A stretch of DNA of 64,000 nt from the NCBI GenBank assembly GCA_965226885.1, contig CBDDEL010000016.1:736001-800000 (forward strand). The letters run 5' to 3'. How positions within the stretch are numbered: position 1 is the stretch's first letter; each line of letters begins with the position of its first letter. Both the position numbers and the translations under genes were made by a program. Under the pieces are notes generated by a model. That model saw nothing but the letters and a program-made list of their open reading frames with translations, made no database searches and was not told the origin of the DNA. Below, piece by piece: positions 39,943-50,550 of this stretch. The DNA comes from Opitutales bacterium (GTDB lineage Bacteria > Verrucomicrobiota > Verrucomicrobiia > Opitutales > UBA2987).

Positions 39943-40600
39943 TCAGCCTCCGATTATCTCCTCGACCGTTTTGAATTTTTGGTCGGCGAATGAGTAGTAT
40001 TTTTCGGTGAATTCCGATGTCCAGAGCCAGCCATACTCTGCTGAATACAGGTAAAAACTTAACGCTTTGGGAGAATTAACGCTTTGGGAGAAGAAAAATG
40101 GAAGGGTTCTTCCATAGCAATCTCTCCCTCGGTGACTTTCAACCATCCCAGGGCGGGATGGTAAACCCAGGGATATCGCCTGATGTTCACATACCCCGCT
40201 GCCCGTGTACCTACCCAGCCATCGCCCCAATTGGGATTGTAGGAATTCTCCATGACGCCGTTTCTGTAGAGAACCTGCGATTTTTCAAATCCAGTAACAC
40301 CATCAGAAAAATCCACTTCCCTTAGTACGATTGAAGGAAAATTCATTTCAAATGTGGCCTCAAGCCTAGTAACGTGGCCTCAAGCCTAGTAACCACGTTC
40401 GCACAAACAACATGGCGTTCCTCCACATACTTCGTTACAATCACATCGCTTCCTTGTTGATAAACCGTCAGGATATGCAATGCATCACATGGGATGCCGT
40501 TAATTTGGGTAACGAGCACGGTTTCGCCTTTTAGACTTGAGCCGGCCAAAAGGGCGAGAATGGCTAAAATTAATCTTATTGTGACTTTTTTCAATTTCAT
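39943..40600 (-). pseudogene. Secreted protein with Trp-rich C-terminal module, broken by two tandem duplications
   Basis: A 20-bp duplication (40354-40393) and a 17-bp duplication (40059-40092) split it into three ORFs. Removing both gives 621 nt, i.e. one 206-aa ORF. Confidence 0.88.
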
Positions 40601-40671
40601 GATTATCGATGTTGGGTGTTTCTGATTGCTGCGGTTATTAAAAGCATGACAAAGAAATATTATTATGTAAA

Positions 40672-40701
40672 CAATAGAAGGTTAGCCAATAGAAGGTTAG
40701 C
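40672..40701. repeat. Perfect 15-bp tandem duplication, intergenic
   Basis: CAATAGAAGGTTAGC x2. Confidence 0.9.
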
Positions 40702-40725
40702 CCTCAGTCATTTTGAACTAAAAAT

Positions 40726-41700
40726 ATGGGAGTCTCCCACAAAAATTTATCTCGCTGGTATATGCAGACAGGCCAAAACCTGGACGCCGGCATTTCCTTC
40801 GGCCAGGCCATGCAGAGCGCGGGCGGCGCTCCGGCCAAAGATGTAGCCGCAATGGCCCAGCAATTGCAAGCGGGCCTATCCATCGACGAAGTTTTTAAAA
40901 ACGCCCCTGGTTGGCTGCCGCAGGCCGACCGTTTGCTGATTTCTGCAGCAGGAACCAGCGGGCGCATACCCGATTCCCTGAAAAAATTGAGCGAGCGGCA
41001 CAAGTTGGCCGCTGAAAATATTTCGCGGGCTGTTTTTGCCACCCTTTATCCGCTTGGAGTGCTCCACCTTGGGGTCCTTATTTTTCCACTGCTGGACCTT
41101 GTGGAATTTACCGATAGCGGCAGCATGCAGTTTCATCCGGAAGCTTATTTGGGCAATGTCCTGGTATTTTTGCTGCCTCTTTGGGCTGTTATTGGAGCCA
41201 TTATTTTCCTGGCAAAGAAGCGCAGCCCGATCGTATTTTTCCTCATGCGTTCCCTGCCCGGTTTGCGTGGCTACAGCAAGGCCAAAGGCATTGCCGATTT
41301 TTCCTTTGCCCTGGAATCCTTTCTCAACGCCGGGGCGCCCATGGCCGAATCCTGGTTCGCCTCCGGGATGGTTTCGGGGGATCCTAATTTGCAAAATGCC
41401 TCCCTGCAAATCACCAATCAAATCAAGGCCGGGCAGCCTCCGGGAAATTTCATCACTCAATACAAAGTTTTTCCCGATGAATTTGTGACGCTTTACAAAA
41501 CCGGTGAAAAAACCGGCCAGCTCGACACCAACCTCCTCATGCTGACAAAGCAATTCCAGGAGAAAGCCGACCAAAGCCTCAGCGTGGCCAGCACTTGGTA
41601 CCCGAAATTGATATTTCTCATCATCGCCATCTACGCGGGCGTCAAAATGGTGGGCTTCTACAGCCAATACCTAGGCGGCATCCTCAAAATGATCGAATAA
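40726..41700 (+). CDS. Type II secretion F / PilC family protein
   Basis: Two T2SSF domains (LDAGI..AAGTSGRIPDSL..LYP and LNAGAP..GEKTGQLD), each followed by a TM segment. Confidence 0.85.
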   Translation: MGVSHKNLSRWYMQTGQNLDAGISFGQAMQSAGGAPAKDVAAMAQQLQAGLSIDEVFKNAPGWLPQADRLLISAAGTSGRIPDSLKKLSERHKLAAENISRAVFATLYPLGVLHLGVLIFPLLDLVEFTDSGSMQFHPEAYLGNVLVFLLPLWAVIGAIIFLAKKRSPIVFFLMRSLPGLRGYSKAKGIADFSFALESFLNAGAPMAESWFASGMVSGDPNLQNASLQITNQIKAGQPPGNFITQYKVFPDEFVTLYKTGEKTGQLDTNLLMLTKQFQEKADQSLSVASTWYPKLIFLIIAIYAGVKMVGFYSQYLGGILKMIE

Positions 41701-41707
41701 GGTAATT

Positions 41708-42840
41708 ATACCAAATCTCATTAGGTATGATAATAAGTTATTTGGCAGAAGCGTTTGCTTGAATGTGCTGCCAGCCTCCGCCAACTAAAGAGAGGACTTT
41801 TTCAGTGTCCTCCCACCAGTCTTTGAGATGGGTTGCGACGACTTCTTCGAGTCGCTCAATGCTCGGCCACAGTTTGTTGGCCGTTTGATCCTGTATCATA
41901 TCCCAAAGTCTTTCAATCGGGTTGAGTTCAGGACTATACGGCGGCAAATTCACGATATGTATGCCCGGGGGGACGTTGGGGTGCTCCGAGTCGTGCGGAT
42001 GGAAGCCTGCCCCGTCCCATACAACCACATGTTCCTCCTCAGGATATTGCTTTTTGATCTGTTGGAGGAAAGCCTCCGTCCACTGTAGATTCGTGCTAGG
42101 GGTTTGGATGCATACCATCTCGCCGTTGACCACGTCGAGGGCTCCGTAACAGTAGCTCCACTGGTATCTTGTCTGATATTTTTTGTGCGGCCGAAGCCCT
42201 CTTTGCGTCCAGCACCGGCGGTACACCGGAAGCAAACCAAAACGGCTTTCATCGGCAAACCACACCCGAACCCGATTGCCTCGGGTGAGGGAAAGCTCCT
42301 GGAGGATCTTAAAAAAGTCTCGCTTGAACGCTTCCGCTTTTGCCGAGTCCCGTTTCTCATGCACGGGGCGAGGGACTCGAAGCACCCCGGCGCATTTTTT
42401 TAGCCATCGCCACACCGTCTTGTAGGCGAAGGAGCGCCCGAAATGTCGCTCCAGCTCTTGCCCCGCCTGAACGGCTGTGTTCCAGCGCGCGACCTTCAAA
42501 CCATTGAGCAAGAAGGCCTCCACCTCTTTGTCGCAACGGCTTTTGATCCCGCCTTTGTAGGCGCGTGTAAGCACCGCCCCGAGCCCTGCAGCACGATATT
42601 TGTCAAACCAACGCTGGATCGTCGCTTTGCCTCGGCCCACGATGGCTCCAATTTCATCAATGCTGTGGTGCGGCTGGAAGCCCATTTTTAATGCCACCAA
42701 ACGCTCTTTACGCCAGCCGACAGCCTCTTTGTTGAGCAATTTCTTGATACGTTCACGGTCTTCATCGGTTCCCATATATCTTCTCATTCCGCCTTTATAG
42801 CTGTTTTTTAATCTTTATCAATCCTTTTGCGATTTGGTAT
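41708..42840 (-). mobile_element. IS630-family element
   Basis: IRs ATACCAAATC / GATTTGGTAT in TA-rich flanks; exact ends uncertain by 1-2 bp. Confidence 0.85.
41738..42787 (-). CDS. IS630 transposase
   Basis: FADESRFG, WDGAGFH and LPPYSPELNPIERLW motifs. Confidence 0.93.
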   Translation of the reverse strand: MRRYMGTDEDRERIKKLLNKEAVGWRKERLVALKMGFQPHHSIDEIGAIVGRGKATIQRWFDKYRAAGLGAVLTRAYKGGIKSRCDKEVEAFLLNGLKVARWNTAVQAGQELERHFGRSFAYKTVWRWLKKCAGVLRVPRPVHEKRDSAKAEAFKRDFFKILQELSLTRGNRVRVWFADESRFGLLPVYRRCWTQRGLRPHKKYQTRYQWSYCYGALDVVNGEMVCIQTPSTNLQWTEAFLQQIKKQYPEEEHVVVWDGAGFHPHDSEHPNVPPGIHIVNLPPYSPELNPIERLWDMIQDQTANKLWPSIERLEEVVATHLKDWWEDTEKVLSLVGGGWQHIQANASAK

Positions 42841-42979
42841 TATATCCAATTCCGGATATACTCCTTACCGGGAATTTATCTATATAGCGTTTTTCTCTCA
42901 CAGATCAAGGAGAACACAGAATGAGCCTCGAACTACAACATTGGCCGACCCTAGATCTAGAAGATGTTGCCTTATCCGG

Positions 42980-43057
42980 CCTCCCCTGCAAAACCTTAAA
43001 TACCAAACCTATGGAAATGCTCTCACTTAAAATGGTAGTGAAGATGGGGTCCGACCA
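42980..43057 (+). mobile_element. Diverged remnant (right end) of a type B IS3 element
   Basis: CTGCAAAACCTTAAATACCAAACCTATGGAAATGCTCTCACTTAAAATGGTAGTGAAGATGGGGTCCGACCA aligns with 36189-36260, with several mismatches. Confidence 0.85.
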
Positions 43058-43285
43058 AATGTGCTGAGGGCGTTTTTTAGCTTTTAAAACGTATGTCCAA
43101 TAAGGGAAACCCCCTTGCAGGCTTTCATTTTTAATGTGTCCACAGTAGAGAAAGGCCAGAGCTTATCCGACTCCTCTTTTCCATGATTTCGTGTTTTGTC
43201 TGTAATTTTACCTTTTTCAGATTGACGTGTACTGGATTTGTTGGACACGGGATTCTCTTATATTCATTGTTTATTGATTAGTGTG

Positions 43286-44203
43286 TCAGGCGGCTTGTTT
43301 TGGTAAAGGGTTTTGTTTTCTCGTTGCCCCCCATGGGGGGCAAATATTTTCCTCGAATTGGACTGGGCTTTGGTAACTCAGAGAGGAATGTTTGCGATAT
43401 CGGTTGTAGAAGATTTCCACGTATTCGAAGACAGTTGATCGCAGTTCGCGCTCGTCGGCAAAGTGGCGGCCTCGAATCGTGCTGGTCTTAAAGCGGCCGT
43501 AGAACGATTCCATGGCCGCGTTGTCGTAGCAGTTGCCTTGGGCGCTCATGCTCGGCTTCATGCCTAGTTCAGAGACCAGCCTCTGATAGTCGTCGCTGGC
43601 GTAGGGGCTGCCCCGATCGCTGTGATGAATAATCCCGGTGCGCAGTGTGCCGCGGGTCATGGCCGCGGCTTTGAGGGCCTTGCCAACCAGCTTCGCGTCG
43701 TTGTGGTTGGAAACGCTCCAGCCCAGCAGGCGTCGGCTGAACAGGTCCATCACCGTGGCCAAGTACATCCAACCGGCCAGGGTCCGTAGGTAGGTCGTGT
43801 CCGCCACCCAGACCTCGTCGATATGGGTCGGCTGGCCATGCTTTTTAAGCACATTGGGGCTGTAACCATAGGGATGGTTACTGTTGGTTTTTAATGGCTT
43901 AAAGCGTTTACTCTGGGTGCTTTTGATTCCCATTTCACGCATCAGACGCAGAGCCCGGTCACGGCCGCAATCGATGCCCTCATCATCCTTCAGATGGCGG
44001 TGCATTGGCCGATGCCCATAGCGGCCCTTGGCCTCTTTGTGTACCTTCAGGATCGCCCCCTTGATTCCCTCGTCCTCGATCCGCCGGGCCGAGGGCGCTC
44101 GGTGCCTCCAGCAGTAATAGCCACTGCGACAAATCCCCATCGCCGAGCATATTTCCTCGATCTTGAAGCGCCCCTCGTTGTCTTTGACAAACTGGTACTT
44201 CAT
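43286..44203 (-). CDS. IS3 transposase OrfB
   Basis: WVADTTY, HSDRGS and NCYDNAAMESF motifs; ATG overlaps the OrfA stop. Confidence 0.9.
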   Translation of the reverse strand: MKYQFVKDNEGRFKIEEICSAMGICRSGYYCWRHRAPSARRIEDEGIKGAILKVHKEAKGRYGHRPMHRHLKDDEGIDCGRDRALRLMREMGIKSTQSKRFKPLKTNSNHPYGYSPNVLKKHGQPTHIDEVWVADTTYLRTLAGWMYLATVMDLFSRRLLGWSVSNHNDAKLVGKALKAAAMTRGTLRTGIIHHSDRGSPYASDDYQRLVSELGMKPSMSAQGNCYDNAAMESFYGRFKTSTIRGRHFADERELRSTVFEYVEIFYNRYRKHSSLSYQSPVQFEENICPPWGATRKQNPLPKQAA

Positions 44204-44511
44204 TGTTCGTCCTTGGCAAAGTAGCCCACCGTTTTTTTTAGTATCTGGTTGATCCGCTCCGAGCGGCGCAGCTCTTTGCGAAGACGATCTATCTCGGCCG
44301 CCATCTCCTTCGGACTGCTCTGTCGCTTTGAGGTGGCTTCGCCCTGCTGATCGTCCAGATAGAGCCTCTTCCACCTATACAATTGGTTGGTGTTGACCCC
44401 AAGTTTGGTCGATACCTCGGTGGCGCTCAGACCATCGAGTATCATCAGTTGAACTGCCTCATTTTTGAACTCTATACTAAAGCGTCTTCTTCCCATGCTT
44501 CGATTCTCCAT
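44200..44511 (-). CDS. IS3 transposase OrfA
   Basis: RRRFSIEFKNEAV HTH, coiled coil and A8 slippery run. Confidence 0.9.
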   Translation of the reverse strand: MENRSMGRRRFSIEFKNEAVQLMILDGLSATEVSTKLGVNTNQLYRWKRLYLDDQQGEATSKRQSSPKEMAAEIDRLRKELRRSERINQILKKTVGYFAKDEQ

Positions 44512-44550
44512 TTAGGAGAATCTCGTGTCCACTTTTTCCAGTGCACATCA

Positions 44551-45794
44551 CCGAGCGTAAAGGTCCCGAAGTGGGACGGCATACGGTGTCTGCGCAGAGC
44601 GTAGGACGCCACAGTCAGCAGATAGACGAGAGCCGGAAGGACGGCCGCGGCGAGGAGCAATTGTTCCAGTGACTCCGAGAACATTTCCACCGCAATACCG
44701 AGAGCGAGGATCAGGAGGATTGCCGGAATCGGAACGGAGGTGTTCGCGGACACCTTACAGAACAACCGGCTTCCCGGGAAGACACGGTCCCGGGACATCG
44801 CGTAGATCAACCGTGAGCCGGAGGCCATGATGATCAATCCACAGGCGTAGACGGAGACGATTATCAGTAGAAAGAAGAGGGACGCAGACAACGAACCAAG
44901 GTTCCTCTCGATGATCAGCGGAAGCGGGTATTCCGCTTGTGTAACGCTCGCCAGATCATTGATGCCCAATACCGTGAATATCAGGAAGAGGGTGCCGACG
45001 ACGACGCTCAAAGCGACGGAAAGGATCATTGCCCGGGGAACGGTCTTGCTCGCGTCGACGGTCTCTTCGGACAGGTTGGCGGCGGATTCGAAACCGACCA
45101 GGGTATAGGCGCCCATGAGCGATGCCATCATAAATGCCTGCCAGTAGCCTCCAGAGGTGGTCGCGTTTCCGGTGTTAAAGAGAATGTCCAGGGCCGGTCG
45201 CTCCCGGGCCGCCAGAATGGCGAAGATGATGACCAGGCCGACCATCCCGACGACTTCGGTGAATACGGCGCCCGAGTTTATGCGGCTTGCCAGCTTCACG
45301 CCGAAGATATGAATGACCGCTTGGGAAACCATCACGCCGCAAACGATAAGCTTGAGCGTGCCTGGACTGTTTTCGATGCCTGTCATGTATCCGATCACCG
45401 ACGCGATGCCGTGATCGACAGACGGGACAACAATGATCAGGAAGCAGACCGCAATCCATCCGGTGAACCATCCCCATGCCGGGCCGGCCAGCCTGCTCAC
45501 CCATTGGTAGGAATAACCCGTCAGCGGCATGCGCGCCGAGAGCTCGGCGAATACGAGCGCCACAAGCATCTGCCCCACGGTTACCAAGGGCCATGTCCAG
45601 AACCCCGCTGGCCCCGAGCGAGTAAGAACCAGGTGGTAGTTGACGGAAATCCCCGTCGTTATCGATATAAAGGAAAAAGCCACCGCGAACGATCCGAGAA
45701 AACGGATCGTCCTCTGTAGTTCCTGGCGGTATCGAAACGTCGACATCACCTGCCGATCATCCGAGGAACCTCTCTCGTCTCCTGTTATTCCCAT
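44551..45794 (-). pseudogene. APC-family amino acid permease, 3'-truncated by IS3
   Basis: GSFAVAFSFISI, FAELSARMP and GFESAANLSEE motifs. The ORF runs into the IS at 44550 and the last TM helices are missing. Confidence 0.85.
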
Positions 45795-46192
45795 ATTCTC
45801 AACCTAGATTTCCCATATGATCACTCATAGTCGTTGAAAATAGCCACTTTCTGAATTTTCGATCCAATTTTCTACTTTCATGGTGATTTGCAAATCTTAT
45901 CCTTCGTTATTCGATGATCAAATCGGCAGCATCTAGCAGCTATTGATGATTTTATCTTTGCCCGGTAGTATCAGGGAAAGACATTTCCCATTGTTAGAGG
46001 TTTCCGCAGCACTGGTAGCCTTCGCACGGTGGAACTTCAACTTGATTCGGCGGTTAAATTGAACCTGAAAATAGTTTTTTTGCGTCACTGATTGAATTTT
46101 TAGAATTTGCTTGCCATAAATCTACTTAAGTAACTTATTATTAATCACATAGCGATTATTTCAAGATAATTTTCTTATGCATTTGAGATTCA

Positions 46193-46726
46193 ATGATGCC
46201 TGATTCTAACGAACAACTAGAATCGGCCACTTTCGGGGCTGGATGTTTTTGGTGTGTGGAAGCGGTTGTTAAGCGTTTGCTTGGGGTTGTGTCTTTTTCT
46301 TCCGGTTATATGGGCGGCCATACGAAGAATCCCACTTATGAGGATATTTGCACCGGGCAAACGGGCCATGCGGAGGTTGTTCAGGTGGTTTTCGATCCTG
46401 AAAAAATCTCGTTCCGGGAATTGCTGGATGTTTTTTGGCAATTGCATGATCCCACGACCTTGAACCGGCAAGGGGGCGACACCGGTACGCAATACCGTTC
46501 AGCTATATTTTATAATTCGGAGGAACAAAGAAAAATGGCCGAAGAATCGAAGGCCAGTGAAGAGGCTAGCGGCCAGCACAATTCGCCCATTGTGACTGAG
46601 ATCGCTCCTGCGGAGCATTATTATGAGGCCGAAGTTTACCATCAGGATTATTATGACAACAACAGGGCCGCTCCCTATTGCCGGATGGTCATTTCGCCGA
46701 AATTGACGAAGCTGGGAATGAAATAA
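46193..46726 (+). CDS. msrA: Peptide-methionine (S)-S-oxide reductase
   Basis: GCFWC, HAEVV, QYRS and AEVYHQDYY motifs. Confidence 0.96.
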   Translation: MMPDSNEQLESATFGAGCFWCVEAVVKRLLGVVSFSSGYMGGHTKNPTYEDICTGQTGHAEVVQVVFDPEKISFRELLDVFWQLHDPTTLNRQGGDTGTQYRSAIFYNSEEQRKMAEESKASEEASGQHNSPIVTEIAPAEHYYEAEVYHQDYYDNNRAAPYCRMVISPKLTKLGMK

Positions 46727-46750
46727 TTTTTTTCCGGCAGGCTTTCTTTT

Positions 46751-47404
46751 TCAGGCTTTGCGGTTCACAAACGGTTTTTTGCGGTTGGGGTAGCAGGCGC
46801 GGCAAATTTCGCAGACTGTTCCATTGCAGCCCCTGGCACTGCAATGCTCCCTGCCGTAATAGATGATTTGCAGGTGCAGCCGGTTCCATGTTTGCTTGGG
46901 AAAGAGCCGTTTGAGGTCTTTTTCCGTTTGCAGGACATTTTTCCCGTTGGTCAGACCCCAGCGTTGGGCCAGCCGGTGGATGTGGGTATCGACCGGGAAG
47001 GCGGGAAATCCGAAAGCCTGGGCCATGACCACGGAGGCGGTTTTATGTCCCACACCGGGGAGAGCCTCCAAATCCTCAAAGGTGGTGGGAACTTCTCCGT
47101 CGTGAGTATTGATCAGAATTTTTGACAAACCGGCGATGGCCCTGGCTTTGGATGGGGCCAACCCGCAGGGGCGGATGATGTCTTCGATCTTTTCGACGGA
47201 AAGGCGCGACATATCATGCGGATTATCGGCCAGGGCAAAGAGGGAAGGGGTTGTTTTGTTGACCCTCACATCGGTGCATTGGGCCGAGAGAAGAACCGAA
47301 ACCAGCAAAGTGAAGGAATCCTTGTGAGAAAGCGGAATAGCCGGTTTGGGATAAAGCTCATCCAACCGATTGAGAATATAAGCGGCGCGCCCTTTTTTAT
47401 TCAT
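46751..47404 (-). CDS. nth: Endonuclease III
   Basis: LSAQCTD, HhH LPGVGHKTA, VDTH and a C-terminal Cys cluster. Confidence 0.95.
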   Translation of the reverse strand: MNKKGRAAYILNRLDELYPKPAIPLSHKDSFTLLVSVLLSAQCTDVRVNKTTPSLFALADNPHDMSRLSVEKIEDIIRPCGLAPSKARAIAGLSKILINTHDGEVPTTFEDLEALPGVGHKTASVVMAQAFGFPAFPVDTHIHRLAQRWGLTNGKNVLQTEKDLKRLFPKQTWNRLHLQIIYYGREHCSARGCNGTVCEICRACYPNRKKPFVNRKA

Positions 47405-47529
47405 TATAGAAAATAATCGAAAATTTTTTTAGGTTGAAAAAGATTGGTTGTAGATCGCAATTAAGCTTTTAACTTTCAGAGTGCGATTTCCAGAATTTTT
47501 TCATAGCCGATAGCATTTTCAATCGAACC

Positions 47530-50523
47530 ATGCCAGAGATATTAAAGGGTAAAATCCTGCCTTATGATCCGACTGTCCTGCCGAGGGAACTAAAACGCCA
47601 TTATATCTCCGCCAGTCAAACGGATGTGGATGCTATGCTGGCGGAAAGCGGGCTGCAAAAGCTGAGCGACTTGTTCAAGCATATTCCGGAACCGGCATTG
47701 TTTGAAGAATTCTCGAATTTACCGGAGGAACTCTCTTATGAGGGCGTCATGGAGCGGTTGGAGGAGATCGCCTCGCGCAACAACCTTTTAGATAATTATA
47801 TGGGGGATGGATTGGGTGATTTCGAGGAGCACGAAATTGTGGATTATGTCTCGGGCATTCGGCGATTGACCACTGCCTATACGCCTTATCAGCCGGAACG
47901 CAGCCAGGGGACATTGCATACCCAGTGGATCTACCAATGCCTGATGGCCCAATTAACCGGGTTTGAGGCCATTAATTCCTCCCTTTATGACCGCTCGACG
48001 GCTTTGTTTGAGGCGCTCTTTGTGGCCCTTCGGCTGAAGCGCAGGGCTGACACCGCCATTATACCGGAAGCCCTTTATCCGGGAGATTTTGAGGTCCTCG
48101 AAACGCTGGCCCGGGATACCGAATTGCGGATAGTGAAAATACCCCTGAACCCGGAAACCGGCCGTATTTCCCACCAGGCGGTGGCAAAAGAAGCGCGCCG
48201 TTTGGGTGAACGGCTGGCGGCCATTGTTTTTCCGCAGGTCAATAATCTCGGAATCCTTGAGGAAGTGGATGGTCTGGCCGATTTATGCCTTGAAATGGGG
48301 GCTAAAAGCATAGCCGTTATCGATCCCATGCTGCTCGGCACGGGCGGGCTAAAACCGCCTTCCGAGTTTGGCCGGGAAGGTGTGGATATGATCGTGGGCG
48401 AAGGGCAGCATCTGGCTATAAGCCCGAATTTCGGGGGGCCGGGGTTGGGCGTTTTCGGAATTCGTTGCAATCAAAAGAGGAAAAACGATGTTCGACACAC
48501 ACCTGGCCGATTCGTGGGCAAGGCGGTGGATGCCGAGGGGCGGGATTGCCGTGTGATGGTGCTCTCCACTCGCGAGCAGCACATTCGGAAAGAGAAGGCT
48601 ACCTCGAATATCTGCTCCAACCAGGCATTTCTGGCCACCCTGGCCGGGGCCGCCCTTTTGGCCAGGGGAGAAAGCGGCATGGCCCGGATTTGCCGCATGG
48701 CCGGTGAACAGACCTCAACCACCGCCAACCAGCTCGCCTGCGTGCCGGGGGTGCGTATGGCATTCCCGCGCGAACCTTTTTTCAACGAATTCACCCTGGC
48801 CCTGCCGGTGAAGGCTTCGACCCTGATCGATAAGGGGCGGGAGCAGGGTTTGCTGATTGGCGTAGACGTTTCGTCCAGAGTCGGCGATGGGAGCCGCAGC
48901 CTGTTGAAAATCTCATTTTCGGATAAGAAAAAAGATTTAGAAAAGCTCGTCCGGTTTTTCGAGGAGCAGTTCGGCCAGAGGGAAATGGATTCCCCGCCAG
49001 TGCCGTCCATAGCTAGCCATCTGTTGAGGGGAAAACCGGCGGGATTACCGGAATTTTCCCTCAATGAGGTAAAGCAATACTACCGAGACCTGGGCAAGCT
49101 GAACGTCAGCCCGGACGATGCTTGTTATCCGCTCGGTTCCTGCACCATGAAATACAATCCCTATTTAAACGATTGGGCGGCCGGCTTGAAGGGTTTTACG
49201 GGAGTCCATCCCCAAGCGCCGTTGGAGGATGCGCAGGGTTGTCTGGAGATTTTGTTCGAGATACAGGAATGGTTCAAAGCGATCACCGGTTTGCCCGCGG
49301 TAACAACCCAACCGGTAGCCGGCGCGCAGGGGGAACTTACCGGCATCAAGCTTTTTCGGGCTTACCACCGGGACCGGGGCGAACCCCATCGCGATGTCGT
49401 CCTGATTCCGAAATCGGCACACGGGACTAATTTTGCCACCGCTGTGATGGCGGGCTTCGGTTCCGCCAAAGCGAGCGAGACCAAAGGCGGCATCGCCCTG
49501 CTGGAAGCCGACCAAAGTGGCATCATCGACCGTCAGGACCTGGAGGAAAAAATCAAACAATGCGGGCGACGCATTTGCGGGATCATGGTTACCAATCCCA
49601 ACACCAGCGGGATATTTGAAACCCATTTCAAGGAGATTGCGGATGCCATCCATGCAGTGGGCGGTCTCGTTTATATGGACGGGGCCAACATGAATGCCAT
49701 TGCCGGTTGGGTCGATCTGGGTGCGCTCGGTGTCGATGCGGTGCATAACAATTTGCACAAAACCTGGACCATTCCCCACGGCGGGGGCGGCCCCGGGGAC
49801 GCCATTGTAGCGGTCAGCGACAAGCTGGCGGATTATCTGCCGGGCTATTTGATCGATAAAAGGGATGGCCGGTTCGTTGCCGTAAAACCTGCCAAAAGCA
49901 TCGGCTCTTTCCATCGGCACTGGGGAAATTTTGCCCATAAAGTGCGCTGCTATGCCTATTTGCTGCGTCTGGGAAATGAAGGGATCCGCCGGATGTCTGC
50001 TGTGGCGGTCCTTTCATCGAGGTATCTCTACGAAAAGTTGCGGCGGGATTATCCCACGCTGCCGGCCCATGCCGAAGATGCGCCCCGTATGCACGAATTT
50101 ATCCTTACCCTGGCGGAAAAGGATTTTGAGACTCTGGAGGCGGTCAGCATACCCAAAGCATTGGCCCTTACACGATTGGGCAAACTGTTTCTGGATTTTG
50201 GGTTTCACGCCCCCACGGTGGCCTGGCCGGAGGCTTTCGGCGTTATGATCGAGCCGACGGAAAGCTACACCAAGGCTGAGCTGGACCGTTTCGAGGAGGC
50301 CGTCAGGCATATCCTGAAAATCGTGCGGGAAAAACCCGAGGCGCTCAAGCAGACGCCCTTTTTCACCCCCATCGACCGCGTCGATGAAGTGTCCGCCAAC
50401 CGGAATCTCATTTTGAGCGAACCCTTGCAGCAGCTGCCGGAACTTTCCCCGAACCGGCTCGATCCCGAATCGCTGGCCGCAATGAGCGTTCCTGATATTT
50501 TCAAAAAAATTATAAACAGTTAG
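47530..50523 (+). CDS. gcvP: Glycine dehydrogenase P-protein (GcvPA-GcvPB type fusion)
   Basis: TAYTPYQPERSQG, REQHIRKEKATSNICSNQ, PLGSCTMKYNP and NLHKTWTIPHGGGGPG motifs. Confidence 0.92.
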   Translation: MPEILKGKILPYDPTVLPRELKRHYISASQTDVDAMLAESGLQKLSDLFKHIPEPALFEEFSNLPEELSYEGVMERLEEIASRNNLLDNYMGDGLGDFEEHEIVDYVSGIRRLTTAYTPYQPERSQGTLHTQWIYQCLMAQLTGFEAINSSLYDRSTALFEALFVALRLKRRADTAIIPEALYPGDFEVLETLARDTELRIVKIPLNPETGRISHQAVAKEARRLGERLAAIVFPQVNNLGILEEVDGLADLCLEMGAKSIAVIDPMLLGTGGLKPPSEFGREGVDMIVGEGQHLAISPNFGGPGLGVFGIRCNQKRKNDVRHTPGRFVGKAVDAEGRDCRVMVLSTREQHIRKEKATSNICSNQAFLATLAGAALLARGESGMARICRMAGEQTSTTANQLACVPGVRMAFPREPFFNEFTLALPVKASTLIDKGREQGLLIGVDVSSRVGDGSRSLLKISFSDKKKDLEKLVRFFEEQFGQREMDSPPVPSIASHLLRGKPAGLPEFSLNEVKQYYRDLGKLNVSPDDACYPLGSCTMKYNPYLNDWAAGLKGFTGVHPQAPLEDAQGCLEILFEIQEWFKAITGLPAVTTQPVAGAQGELTGIKLFRAYHRDRGEPHRDVVLIPKSAHGTNFATAVMAGFGSAKASETKGGIALLEADQSGIIDRQDLEEKIKQCGRRICGIMVTNPNTSGIFETHFKEIADAIHAVGGLVYMDGANMNAIAGWVDLGALGVDAVHNNLHKTWTIPHGGGGPGDAIVAVSDKLADYLPGYLIDKRDGRFVAVKPAKSIGSFHRHWGNFAHKVRCYAYLLRLGNEGIRRMSAVAVLSSRYLYEKLRRDYPTLPAHAEDAPRMHEFILTLAEKDFETLEAVSIPKALALTRLGKLFLDFGFHAPTVAWPEAFGVMIEPTESYTKAELDRFEEAVRHILKIVREKPEALKQTPFFTPIDRVDEVSANRNLILSEPLQQLPELSPNRLDPESLAAMSVPDIFKKIINS

Positions 50524-50550
50524 TTGTTGATTGTTTTTTTATAAATAATA

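Larger units (their letters stand above)
43223..44550 (-). mobile_element. IS3-family element type C, copy 1 (1328 bp)
   Basis: IRs TGATGTGCACTGGAAAAAGTGGACAC / GTGTCCAACAAATCCAGTACACGTCA; no TSD. Confidence 0.93.

Noticed and set aside
40059..40701. Short direct repeats as a possible CRISPR array
   Set aside because: Each repeat has only two adjacent copies with no spacer, the units are unrelated, and there are no cas genes.
43090..43135. Possible prepilin remnant on the minus strand (MKACKGVSLIG)
   Set aside because: Only a weak match to GFSLIE, with no hydrophobic helix following.
47405..47529. Glycine riboswitch upstream of gcvP
   Set aside because: The short AT-rich intergenic region lacks the conserved GGAGA/CCGAAG/CTCTCAGG elements.
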